DNA of 64,000 nucleotides from Bacteroidales bacterium (lineage in GTDB: Bacteria > Bacteroidota > Bacteroidia > Bacteroidales > UBA1715): contig JAZRXD010000051.1 in assembly GCA_045600045.1 (NCBI GenBank), positions 18,740-82,739 on the forward strand, read 5' to 3'. The notes below the pieces were generated by a model. The model ran no database searches. It saw only the letters and a list, made by a program, of their open reading frames with translations, and was not told where the DNA came from. The number at the start of each line of letters is the position of its first letter. Position 1 is the first letter of the stretch. Below, piece after piece: positions 41,701 through 48,205 of the stretch. A program made the position numbers and the translations under genes.

Positions 41701-42415
41701 AGAAGCAAACTTTAATATACGAGCTTACAAATATCGTTTGGTAACTACAGATGGTTGTGGCAACGAAGCTATTAGTGAAGCTCACCGTTCAATGGTTGCA
41801 ACATATATGGTTCAGGATAATGGGTTGAAGACAGTACATTGGACAGCTTACGAACCAAAGGAAATGATTACTCAATATTTGATTCTTCGTGGAACGGATC
41901 CTCTTGCAATGGATACTGTAGAAGAATTTCCTGCAAGTAATTTGTATGAAATTTGGAATGAAACGGATAATTCATTTAAAGGCAGAGACGATATTCTTTA
42001 TCGTGTAGTGTTCCGTTTGAAATCTGAAGTTAACGAAAATCGTTACAATGATGTTGATGGAAACGAAGTAGAAGTCTCTTCAATGAAAGCTGAATCGGGA
42101 CCATTCTCGTTGGCTATGTCTAACATTGCTGAAGCAGAACATATCGAAAGCATTCAAAACGTTGCATTCCCTGCTGATGTAGTTGTTTATCCTTCTACAA
42201 TCACAAATGTTATCAACGTTGCGATTGTCGCTCAAAACGACGAGGACTTCACAGTTTCGGTTGTTTCATCAAATGGACAAGTTGTTAAGACAATTAAGAC
42301 GGGTGATGTTTCGAAAACATTGTTGCAAATTCCAGCTGATGATTTAACACAAGGTTTGTACAATGTTACGATTTCGGTTGGTTCACAAATGAAGACATTT
42401 AAAGTTGTAAAATAA
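32717..42415 (+). CDS. giant T9SS surface protein, paralog 3 (3232 aa)
   Basis: Signal peptide MKKILLVLTTLLFAFATFAEE. The N-terminal 3.9 kb is unique and made of degenerate Ig/Big_2-like units. It is followed by three tandem tri-domain modules, then the shared C-terminal cassette and CTD (VVVYPSTITNVINV...FKVVK). Confidence 0.93.
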   Translation: MKKILLVLTTLLFAFATFAEEAKYVYYSSESSVIVGVGSGNEKPKGVDIWISIYGFMVEDATVYAEGNLSAIGEATLVDGKYYRLELSNSKGTTSGEVVYSYTGGGATQYTVLVELHNAELFLNGNPVKQEDIIPVMINRPYEVSVRVDNVDSVTWSIMPKDVACSITEMNGETDSIAQFKFEKEYKKVELICNLWTGDGVFDVRTVYVAAVDPTKPTIVADTNYVCTDNVYQYISFTNFVSLPVGADESYKLNWYDREDALRADATSDFWLADYKEEEFVTKYVSLSRDGVESKKYPVVINLVKLPKLAESSILQACVGSEQKLSLTMDSKDPDENFIWYEYGSDEVLGTGKTFEPEITSIGENVYYEVEYKKGGENGCSIRGYVDPVTLYKDTVVVTYTEKLVHGAHVVELVAESNPLYSCGWYCPSYKSMWSSGEDEFDEINEEMGTARISFTTPGTKTISCLVQASDGCSMTKDVKITVPDYSNQYTFRADKIVLQSIEKWNIQLYNKVGKLADVDYKLKVSYSNPEAEKYFYFPEDSSCVKAVSPSDESYSATIQAVDADSEVLATLIVVIPEHYTAVVQKQVAKVNPAEDDGEYQNCVAKYEFELGSAYNVDILVESDEDVVVDHFEYGDFDVLEVRDGQIFTLAEGGEYFNARMSNDSVISMYVNVVATVDKWAVNAKNVEMNTGTIYMMSVKNVYGDEVSEFVDFDLIEGNGYTSNCNFYAAEEAGTAQVVASYKGEIIDTINFVVKQGHEYRFEPSFEDTILFTGDSLKVSIVDEKGNTIPFAQNVMFGESQYSENGMFYANKEGVFPVSAFGLDEYGNFFQISPMPEITVIDPSSFTINETEINVSLFGYEEFYCEYFGKYGSLIKERITFALDNTDKPVAWPDEEEINQGEVYYQFYYGYLGINVGSDTLRISVGGRQLFAVPVTVYEAFSLEPTEVKNMHVGEEIDFSCKYDGEELGSSVVSWIAEAPMSPIDDNPPMPCAHFEDGTLYADAEGSVNIVAIISNAPVLIDGELKEGNHIIQGPKVTITQPSYYLYLASGTEDLTVNKDTATYYVYDMNSDPEHGEPAQIALFDVEQNFNEFAQIQWSFTDDLKGIKVWATGNASLTGMMRFSVLEGDEIIENAVNKKVKATYSGINYEVASIMFMSLDYNNQELYDVYPEPFPADYEIMVEDSSVVSFKEGMVTALDYGHTRINVTNQYGLVAYTDVYVVSDIFMLYGPKILYADGNPCNEKYSVSYLEETEYGIEENEIVEAKFRSSEESILSFADGVVTPLDEGTVQVYAYISTLDGDLVVAQKSVTVVKQMKAPEFSNNISYCEGSEPANVNPTYDFATLVWYDNDGEVVEQPKFSELSAGSYVYYVNQKTKEDYIGELDLKESEKVEFKFEVLAYPEVPVLNMESQIVCSEDELEAFSVTNYDKTVFINWLVNGEYVKDNKSEENTYMPVRMDGQMSVQAAVELNGCVSYSKTASVVVNKIEVPQIEFEAGINEFYVGEEFSISATNIDETEYDVKWIINDNEYEGSKVSVAFNDAARYDFACFAANKTTGCVGETDSAVVVKAYEQMELPGVEPEFQSISYCEGDLVEFPVWTTYDFAILKWYDEKGNEISGQVSAVLPVGDHKVFVSQAPNKKYEGYLIESEKVEILVIVHPHPDEPLLNTYEQKVCSESDILPFEVTNKSDDVDYQWYVNKGYVTSGTTTFLPNLTSEVLNIKVCAVSNGCPISSQIAVVEAVAAVTPQIIFAKGSNEVLVGETVDLSVPGVDDNNYDIEWLINETKYTGAKISVTFKDAGTYNVVCYASEKTTGCQGQAEEKVIVDFNGQISAPYVKSPENVVCLTAGSAVFMDIFAAPTSELAELKWYDETGNALEKTPEVSQLGTTTYYVSQVIKGEKPIESEKVKVSVSTYYVPTPTLNMYDQKLCDSKEIAPFVASSNYQVKWYQNGLEVATGSVYSPILSDAAKSEYNVVAYDEKTGCQSDVVTTTVTFGTPVVPEIIFANEKLQIAKGEPVEMSANIDTESYAIVWIVNGQKLQGETVTVGFDEAGSYDVVCQSIQKNTGCSAEKTATITVEESVVPVTSIAIDAESLEMYVGNKQTLAVSVVPSFATDQTYTMTVENSAIAEIRGNTVYALAAGTTLVNVVSNENPEVSTSIELNVKDGYVPVTEIDAPKYVVLVPGEVRNLDVKVYPQNATNKELTYKAGSSLYEVDSEGTITASEINEGFAEMTISSKDGVAATVMVYVTSSEEDIEDFDAPAVVVVKVGESKTISYSIATVSAKVNTAKFVMSDSDIALCENGVVTGLQAGETTLTLTIGDISKNISVIVNKSDAPILNLPKEIHISNVRENSDLKSLEIGTALIPISKYISDDNTPFENLKIEAVSSDEAVSVSIDENGKLFVNAGEFIGTVDVTLTVTDVDELTSTGSFKLIVEELINQAPVLLVDVIKVKYNQNVYVNLSDIASDDYTAVEDLLFEFNAEKVEVELKGNELRLKSTEPTLTSDVLNVKVTDMYGKVLDGTIALEIAAAPNQAPVISAISTQVETDAEPFVALNLTKYVTDDYTSPSSIMWSATQSNNIAVSIVDGIAKPIVLNSFWNGVEAITFTAKDDEGLTDTVVVYYQRTVSQQDSYMPKWEGVPTVTISTMRQIGVPGDAFVLMANISSFDCSWEWNIPGANGIDPTSLMQTITFDQPGVYPVSLTVTSADEKYSITADLAIQLTVVGVQERNLSICQGQSVVLSASEGLTSYFWSTDEVSSAISVRPETTTTYAVKMKKGMFTMTDSVVVTVSVPVSLIEDSVMCAGTTYELEAQGDYVSYYWNTNSQERSIVIPAEVAEYSVFAIDEMRCASVDTFNVTKVNELPTIDLGEDQTPCDGETVTLDAGAGFDYLWSNGSTEQQVALTGSTNTMWVRIIDENKCINSDTVTVAFKYPYAEQIGVATFSETTNHVILAWEKTVDVNTVKYRIERETGVTDNWEQVGEDVLFSEPGIVVDEEANFNIRAYKYRLVTTDGCGNEAISEAHRSMVATYMVQDNGLKTVHWTAYEPKEMITQYLILRGTDPLAMDTVEEFPASNLYEIWNETDNSFKGRDDILYRVVFRLKSEVNENRYNDVDGNEVEVSSMKAESGPFSLAMSNIAEAEHIESIQNVAFPADVVVYPSTITNVINVAIVAQNDEDFTVSVVSSNGQVVKTIKTGDVSKTLLQIPADDLTQGLYNVTISVGSQMKTFKVVK
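36665..38960 (+). repeat. in-frame tandem tri-domain modules in paralog 3 (periods 783 and 765 nt)
   Basis: Landmark Cys codons of ISYCEG (36698), SISYCEG (37481) and NVVCLTAG (38246). Each unit reads Ig-like (..WYD..Y(Y/F)VSQ..), a second Ig-like (QxVCSE..) and PKD-like (..EYD(V/I)(K/E)W(I/L)IN..). Confidence 0.8.
38965..42415 (+). repeat. paralogous C-terminal cassette, copy 3 (boundaries approximate)
   Basis: Colinear with copies 1 and 2 but more diverged (APVISAISTQVETD, YPYAEQIG, YRLVTTDGCGNEA, KAESGPFSLAMSNIAEAE). Confidence 0.75.
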
Positions 42416-42435
42416 TTCAACAATAAAATTTCAAA

Positions 42436-42468
42436 AAGCCGGGATGAATTTCGTCACCGGCTTTTTTT
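42436..42468 (+). terminator. intrinsic terminator
   Basis: Hairpin aaagccgg-(14 nt loop)-ccggcttt followed by a T run. Confidence 0.8.
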
Positions 42469-42567
42469 ATATCCGTAGTTGTCAAAAATACATATTTTGA
42501 CTTCGTTTGTTATCATTTGTTTAGTTATGACATCTTTTTTTCATGCCATTGGCTATTTAAATGTCAA

Positions 42568-42575
42568 TACATTTG
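42568..42575 (+). promoter_or_regulatory. candidate -7 promoter box for yraN-like gene
   Basis: TACATTTG, 16 nt upstream of the ATG at 42592. Confidence 0.35.
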
Positions 42576-42591
42576 CTCATAAAACAATGAT

Positions 42592-42960
42592 ATGGATTCT
42601 CAAGACAATAGTCAAGTTGGAAAATGGGGAGAAGAAACTGCTGTTGCATATTTGGAATCGCACGGTTATTCTATTTTAGAACGAAACTGGCGTAATAATC
42701 ATCAGGAAGTTGACATAATTGCTCAAGAAGGAGATACTGTAGTCATTGTAGAAGTAAAAACGCGTACAACGACATTTATAAGCCCTGTAGAAGCTGTAAA
42801 CAAACAAAAGCAGAAGTTGCTATTCTCTGCAGCTAATTCGTACGTCAGACAAAAGAATTTGGATTGTGAAATTAGGTTTGATATTGTTTCTATTGTTGCA
42901 GTAAATGGTTCAGTTGATATAGAACATATTGAAAATGCGTTTTATCCAAAAATCCATTGA
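42592..42960 (+). CDS. yraN: YraN family (UPF0102) endonuclease-fold protein
   Basis: GEETAVAYLESHGYSILERNWR...EVDIIAQEGDTVVIVEVKTR is the canonical UPF0102 pattern. Confidence 0.9.
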   Translation: MDSQDNSQVGKWGEETAVAYLESHGYSILERNWRNNHQEVDIIAQEGDTVVIVEVKTRTTTFISPVEAVNKQKQKLLFSAANSYVRQKNLDCEIRFDIVSIVAVNGSVDIEHIENAFYPKIH

Positions 42961-43030
42961 TTTTGTTCATTTAGTACTATTTGTTAATGATAAATATAAA
43001 AAATCTTTTTGTGGTAATGGCAAGGCGTGG

Positions 43031-43038
43031 TAGTTTTG
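43031..43038 (+). promoter_or_regulatory. candidate -7 promoter box for the 43097-47902 operon
   Basis: TAGTTTTG, 58 nt upstream of the ATG at 43097. Confidence 0.35.
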
Positions 43039-43096
43039 CTGCGAAAAGAGATACCGCAATGATTCAAAGAATGTTTAACCAAATTTTATATTTATC

Positions 43097-44416
43097 ATGA
43101 AAAAGACAAGACTATTTCAAATGCTTATGGGAGCATTTGTGAGTGTGGGAATGAACGCATATGCTGATACGTACAACCCTCAGACGATTTACAAAAAAGG
43201 AGACAAGACCGAAATTACGGTAAATGGTGTTCCGTTGTCGATAGTGTATATCAACGACCAACCATCATCGAGTTACACGCCGTCAACTCCCTACGATGCG
43301 AATAACTCGTGGTTGTGGAGTGTTGCCGATGATTATACTGGCGAATGGGTTCCGTTCCATTATGTCTATTCTGCCAATAATCCAATTGTGGTTTCGTATG
43401 TCGGCAATCAATATAAATTGTTGCAGGAAATGTGGCCTACTTCTTCAACACCATCAGAAGCGGCTGCGGCTAATTGGGGATGGATTTGCTTGGATTGTGC
43501 TTCATCATCGGTAGAAACGTGTCCAAATGCGTTCTCTACAGATTATTTCCCTATTTCGTTGGCACAACAAAACAATGGGGCTGATAATACAACTCCGGCA
43601 AATGCAAGTGGTGGTGCAGGCATAACTTCTGGCGAAGGAGGTAATTTTGTTTACATAAATCAATTGCGTTCGTGCAATACGCCGTTTGCTTTGTACAACA
43701 ACGATATTTATTTTCGTGATGCGTGCGATCCTCATTCGGGGATTGGTTATTATGGTGTTTCCGACAATACAAATGTGCCGGCACCTCAAAAACGCTTGTT
43801 CGCCGACACCGATACCGATGGACCGGTTTTGTATGGTTGGAATGGTGGCGCATTAGGTATTCGCCAACGAAAAAATCTTTCTGCTGTAAATGGTCCACAT
43901 ATAGAGAAAATTGCGTTGCAATGGACACCAAGTACGGTATTTATAGGAACAGAAAAATTACCGATGTTGCTTACGTCGTACAATACGGTTGCTGTAAAAG
44001 GAATGACAGGAACATCGACGGGATTTTCTTTCAATGGAACGGAGAAAACGAAGGCGTTTTCGGTGTATGACGCAACGAATAAAAAAACATCGTTTGTAGT
44101 ATATGGCAACGGTGTAGTGAATGCAAAGAAAATTTATGCAGAGGAAATAGAAGTGTTGGCAACGGTAAATGGAAACAAATGGCCTGATTATGTATTTTCC
44201 GATAGCTACGAATTGAAACCGTTGAACGAATTGGGTTCTTACATTAATGAAAACAAACATTTGCCAGGTGTCCCTTCTGCCGAAACAATGGAAAATGCAG
44301 GCGTAAATTTGGCTGAAATGAATGCTACTTTGTTGCAGAAAGTTGAAGAATTAACATTGTATGTTATTGACTTACAGAAACAAATTAACGATATGAAAAT
44401 AGTCAATGAAAAATAA
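43097..44416 (+). CDS. secreted tail-fibre-like protein with C-terminal coiled-coil block
   Basis: Signal peptide. Aromatic-rich N-terminal segments that loosely resemble CBM5/12. C-terminal WPDYVFSDSYELKPLNELGSYINENKHLPGVPSA...LLQKVEELTLYVIDLQKQI, a block I recall in Bacteroidota proteins annotated as tail fiber domain-containing. Confidence 0.8.
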   Translation: MKKTRLFQMLMGAFVSVGMNAYADTYNPQTIYKKGDKTEITVNGVPLSIVYINDQPSSSYTPSTPYDANNSWLWSVADDYTGEWVPFHYVYSANNPIVVSYVGNQYKLLQEMWPTSSTPSEAAAANWGWICLDCASSSVETCPNAFSTDYFPISLAQQNNGADNTTPANASGGAGITSGEGGNFVYINQLRSCNTPFALYNNDIYFRDACDPHSGIGYYGVSDNTNVPAPQKRLFADTDTDGPVLYGWNGGALGIRQRKNLSAVNGPHIEKIALQWTPSTVFIGTEKLPMLLTSYNTVAVKGMTGTSTGFSFNGTEKTKAFSVYDATNKKTSFVVYGNGVVNAKKIYAEEIEVLATVNGNKWPDYVFSDSYELKPLNELGSYINENKHLPGVPSAETMENAGVNLAEMNATLLQKVEELTLYVIDLQKQINDMKIVNEK

Positions 44417-44423
44417 TTAAGTT

Positions 44424-47156
44424 ATGAAAAGATTGATTGTTTTTATACAGATTGTTTTGTTCTGCTCATTGCAAACTTTTGCGCAGTCGGAAGAAGTATT
44501 GAAACGATACAAAACAATAATGGATGAGGTTTTTTCGGGAATACCATCCAGTAAAGTCACTACAGGATTGCTTATTGAAAAAGCAATTCCGTACGTAAAC
44601 CTAAGTAAATATGACGGATCGAAACAAAGTGATACAATTTCATATTCATTATGGAAAAAGTTGTATAAACAGTATTGTTTTGCGCATTACGATTATTCAA
44701 ATGTGGATTTCAATCAGGATTTTTTAGAAATAGAAGATTCTGAAGATGAAATTCAGATGGGTATGCTTTTGTTTGAATACAATCAAGTAAAGCCCGAGGC
44801 AGTTCCCAATGGTCAGATCGTAATGGATAGTGTGCAGGGAAAAATTATTGACAAAACATCTTTATCTACTCAGGTACTTGACGAAAAATGGTGTTTTTCA
44901 ATTGTGCCTTTGATTTCAGAGATTACTGTTGGTACATATTATTTTTCTTTTTCGGAAAACTATTTCATAGGTAATAGAAAGAATCAAATACAAGAATTGT
45001 CGGTTGATTTTGATGATGGACAAGGTTTTGTCCTGGTTGGAATGGGACAAAGTAGAATGGTTATCTATGAAAATCCAGGAGAGAAAACCATAACAGTAAG
45101 AGCTAAAGTTTTGGGAACGTATTTTTATGGGAAAGGGAAACTTGTGGTGAATTCCTTATCAGACGTTTCTGATAATATGCTAAAAAGTATGAGTTTCAGT
45201 GTAGAACCTGATTTTGGGCCAGAGAGTTTTTGGTCAAATAATATAGAAAGTCAATATGCTTATTATGGAAGATGTCAGAGCGATGGAACGATTAGAAAAC
45301 CATATTTAATAGTATCTGGTTTTGATCCTATGGATAATAATAGGTTAATTGATGAAGGTGATGACAAGGTTAACTTATATCGAGTCTCAAATAAAAATGG
45401 GTATTTGGATCAATTACGAAATGATGGTTATGATATAATAATTTATCGTTCAAAAAATAGTGGAGAATCCATTATTCCAAATGCTTTGAATTTGGTTGAT
45501 TTTATTCAAAAAATCAATACGGAGAAAACGTCAAACAATGAGTTAATAATCGCTGGCGCAAGTATGGGTGGTTTGGTTGTTCGATATGCGTTAACGTATA
45601 TGGAATATCACAAAATTGACCATCAAACGAAGTTGTTTATTTCAGTTGATTCGCCTCAGGAAGGTGCAAATATTCCATTAGGAATACAATATATGGTAAA
45701 ATATCTAAATAGCGATTTGTTAGAATCGATGGACGAGTTAAAAGAAGCAGAAAATAATATGCTAAATAGTGATGCTGCAAAAGAAATGTTGTTGTATCAT
45801 CATACAGCTACAAGCGGAAAAACAGCTCATTGTTCTGATAAAAGAACAGACTTTGTGAATGATTTGATGAGATTAGGAAATTTCCCTAAAAATTGTCGAA
45901 CGATAGGATTGTCCATGGGAAGTGGTAATGGTACGAAACAAGGTTTTGCCCCTGGGAGTTTATTGTTGAAAAAGGATCCGACAATGTCCGTGTTGTCACC
46001 ATTAGGCATTCGCCCAAAAATTTCTTGGGATTTCTATGTGTATGCAGTTCCTGACAAAGAAAGTCATTTGGTTTATGAGGAAGGTATCTATACGAATGTT
46101 TGTTATAATGGTCTTTTTATAAAAGAATGTATGAGTCTCAATACAATAACTTCTCGGACGATATATGTTGACAATACAATGCCAATTGATGATGCTCCAG
46201 GAAGTATTCGCAATTTGCATAATATGGGCGATTTCCGTGAAAGGAAAGATTTGTTTGGAATTGATTATGTAGATTTATTAGATATTATTGGTGCCGTAGA
46301 ATGTGATTCTAATCCGGATAATTTTATACCTACATATAGTTCTTTAGGATTACAGAATCTTACAAATCCATCTATAGATATCAAGTCGTATTTATTAGGA
46401 AGGACGGATATGATGAAAGTTTCGAATAACATGTTTGTAAAAACAAAGCCTTCGAGTGTGTCGTTATTCGATGTCTTATATGTGGAAGATAGAAACCTAG
46501 ACCATATATATGATAATGATAAGGTTGGGGTTTTTACTGAAGATATGACGGCAGTAATGCTTCAAGAATCATCGTCTGAAAATTTGTATGTTGAAAATGA
46601 AACAGTATTAAATGGCCATAGAAAAGCTGTAGAAGCCCGGACAAATGCTTTTATTGGAAATTCAGTTGATAATTTGGATTACAATAATGGTAACGTGATT
46701 GTGGAATCTGGAGCAACTATGTCTGTTCTGGCAAATGAGAAAATTTCAATAGAACCAGGAACAAAGATTAAAAAAGGAGCTTCCTTTTCCGCAAAAATTG
46801 GAAATGACACATATTGTGATGAATCAAATATGAATTATGTAAAATCGTATAATATTATAGATGAAGATTATGATGAGGTAATACAGCCAGAAAACGAAAT
46901 GGTCTCGTTAATCACACAATATTCTGATCCTGTTATTGTTTATCCAAATCCTGTAAAAGACGAACTATGTATTTCATCGAATAAATTGAATAATAGGGTG
47001 AATATATACGATGTTAAGGGTAAGAAAATTTTAGCAAGGAAATTTGATAAAAATATAGAAGTTGAATTCTCAAAATTCCCTCTGGGAACTTACGTTATAC
47101 AAGTTGTTCAAGGGAATGGGCATATAGAAACAAAGCAAATCATTAAAAATAAATAG
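44424..47156 (+). CDS. T9SS-secreted alpha/beta-hydrolase (lipase/esterase-like), 910 aa
   Basis: Signal peptide. Nucleophile-elbow motif IIAGASMGGLVVRY (G-x-S-x-G). C-terminal sorting domain VIVYPNPVKDELCI...GTYVIQVV...KQIIKNK. Confidence 0.85.
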   Translation: MKRLIVFIQIVLFCSLQTFAQSEEVLKRYKTIMDEVFSGIPSSKVTTGLLIEKAIPYVNLSKYDGSKQSDTISYSLWKKLYKQYCFAHYDYSNVDFNQDFLEIEDSEDEIQMGMLLFEYNQVKPEAVPNGQIVMDSVQGKIIDKTSLSTQVLDEKWCFSIVPLISEITVGTYYFSFSENYFIGNRKNQIQELSVDFDDGQGFVLVGMGQSRMVIYENPGEKTITVRAKVLGTYFYGKGKLVVNSLSDVSDNMLKSMSFSVEPDFGPESFWSNNIESQYAYYGRCQSDGTIRKPYLIVSGFDPMDNNRLIDEGDDKVNLYRVSNKNGYLDQLRNDGYDIIIYRSKNSGESIIPNALNLVDFIQKINTEKTSNNELIIAGASMGGLVVRYALTYMEYHKIDHQTKLFISVDSPQEGANIPLGIQYMVKYLNSDLLESMDELKEAENNMLNSDAAKEMLLYHHTATSGKTAHCSDKRTDFVNDLMRLGNFPKNCRTIGLSMGSGNGTKQGFAPGSLLLKKDPTMSVLSPLGIRPKISWDFYVYAVPDKESHLVYEEGIYTNVCYNGLFIKECMSLNTITSRTIYVDNTMPIDDAPGSIRNLHNMGDFRERKDLFGIDYVDLLDIIGAVECDSNPDNFIPTYSSLGLQNLTNPSIDIKSYLLGRTDMMKVSNNMFVKTKPSSVSLFDVLYVEDRNLDHIYDNDKVGVFTEDMTAVMLQESSSENLYVENETVLNGHRKAVEARTNAFIGNSVDNLDYNNGNVIVESGATMSVLANEKISIEPGTKIKKGASFSAKIGNDTYCDESNMNYVKSYNIIDEDYDEVIQPENEMVSLITQYSDPVIVYPNPVKDELCISSNKLNNRVNIYDVKGKKILARKFDKNIEVEFSKFPLGTYVIQVVQGNGHIETKQIIKNK

Positions 47157-47158
47157 TT

Positions 47159-47902
47159 ATGAAAAAAATTCTGTATTTCTTACCGTTGTTATTTTCAAGT
47201 TGTGCTTCATTGTATATTCCTCCAATGGTTAATGCACCATTGTTTAAGGAGAAAAGCGAAGCACAAGTCGAGTTATCTGTTAGTCCAACAAGTGTATGTG
47301 CGTCGGCAGACTATGCTTTTTCGGAACATTATGGTGTAATGATAAATGGTAATCTGTCGTATGGTAATTTTACGGATTACAATGATATTTTCACTTCTAA
47401 AGATCAGTCTCGTCGTGATTATTGGGATTTGTCTATATATGGAAAGTATAGTCATAAATATGTAGAAGGGGCGATAGGAAGATTCAACTTGTTACAAAGC
47501 GAGAAAACATTCTTGGAAGCGTTTGTCGGTGGAGGTTACGGAATTGCGGACGAAAATAAATATCACAACAAGTATTCGCAAGTTTTTGTTCAGGGCGATT
47601 TCGGACAAAGACTTCGAATATTTGATTGGGGAGTTTCATTTAGACTGTCTTCTGCTTTTCATCAATTTGATTGGCAGGATGATTACGGGAAATCCTTCAA
47701 CGAAGACTATGCTCAGTTTCATGTGGAGCCTATGGCGTTTTGTAGAGTTGGTGGCGAACATTTGAAATTTGTTCCTAAAATAGGTTTGTCGTTGCCAATA
47801 TCAACATCAAATTTCAGTAATGTAGAAGAAAACATTTTGGATGCTGATTATTATCGAACCACGTTGTTGCATGTTTCTATAGGTGTCCATTATTCGTTTT
47901 AA
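47159..47902 (+). CDS. small outer-membrane beta-barrel-like lipoprotein
   Basis: Lipobox LLFSSC. Alternating hydrophobic pattern and a C-terminal aromatic residue (VHYSF). Starts 2 nt after the upstream stop. Confidence 0.7.
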   Translation: MKKILYFLPLLFSSCASLYIPPMVNAPLFKEKSEAQVELSVSPTSVCASADYAFSEHYGVMINGNLSYGNFTDYNDIFTSKDQSRRDYWDLSIYGKYSHKYVEGAIGRFNLLQSEKTFLEAFVGGGYGIADENKYHNKYSQVFVQGDFGQRLRIFDWGVSFRLSSAFHQFDWQDDYGKSFNEDYAQFHVEPMAFCRVGGEHLKFVPKIGLSLPISTSNFSNVEENILDADYYRTTLLHVSIGVHYSF

Positions 47903-48093
47903 CTTGGTAAACATCATGTGGATTATGTATAAAAGTGGCGAAGAATTGATAATAACAGAACCTCGATAAATAACAATTTATCGGGTGGCGGTTAGAGGCC
48001 CTCAGGGCTCAGATCAATGTAAGTATATAAAATATTTGTTTTATCCCAAAAGCAATTAGCCATTTTGTGTCTTTATCTATGACGGATTGTTTT

Positions 48094-48136
48094 CTCCCTA
48101 TTGAGGACTAATGTCTTAATAGGGAGTTTTGTTTTG
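48094..48136 (+). terminator. intrinsic terminator, about 190 nt downstream of the nearest stop codon
   Basis: Hairpin ctccctatt(g)-13 nt loop-(t)aatagggag (9 bp plus a G-U pair) followed by ttttgttttg. Confidence 0.75.
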
Positions 48137-48177
48137 TAATAATCAGTAATTTATCGTTAGGGGTAACTCCTTTTTCT

Positions 48178-48185
48178 TATATTTG
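48178..48185 (+). promoter_or_regulatory. candidate -7 promoter box for aroB
   Basis: TATATTTG, 20 nt upstream of the ATG at 48206. Confidence 0.4.
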
Positions 48186-48205
48186 CCAAGCTTTTGTCTA
48201 AGGCA

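Noticed and set aside
42479-42679. 66-aa ORF upstream of and overlapping yraN
   Set aside because: It overlaps the well-supported yraN start and the candidate promoter. Its hydrophobic translation has no motif and is probably spurious.
43296-44260. Cluster of overlapping 72-126-aa ORFs on both strands inside the tail-fibre-like gene
   Set aside because: All are nested in the 439-aa ORF, which has a signal peptide and a recognisable C-terminal block. The alternatives are Arg/Cys-rich frame artefacts.
47917-47970. 17-codon mini-ORF (MWIMYKSGEELIITEPR) in the spacer before aroB
   Set aside because: It is too short to support without conservation or ribosome-profiling evidence. It is mentioned only as context for the sRNA candidate.
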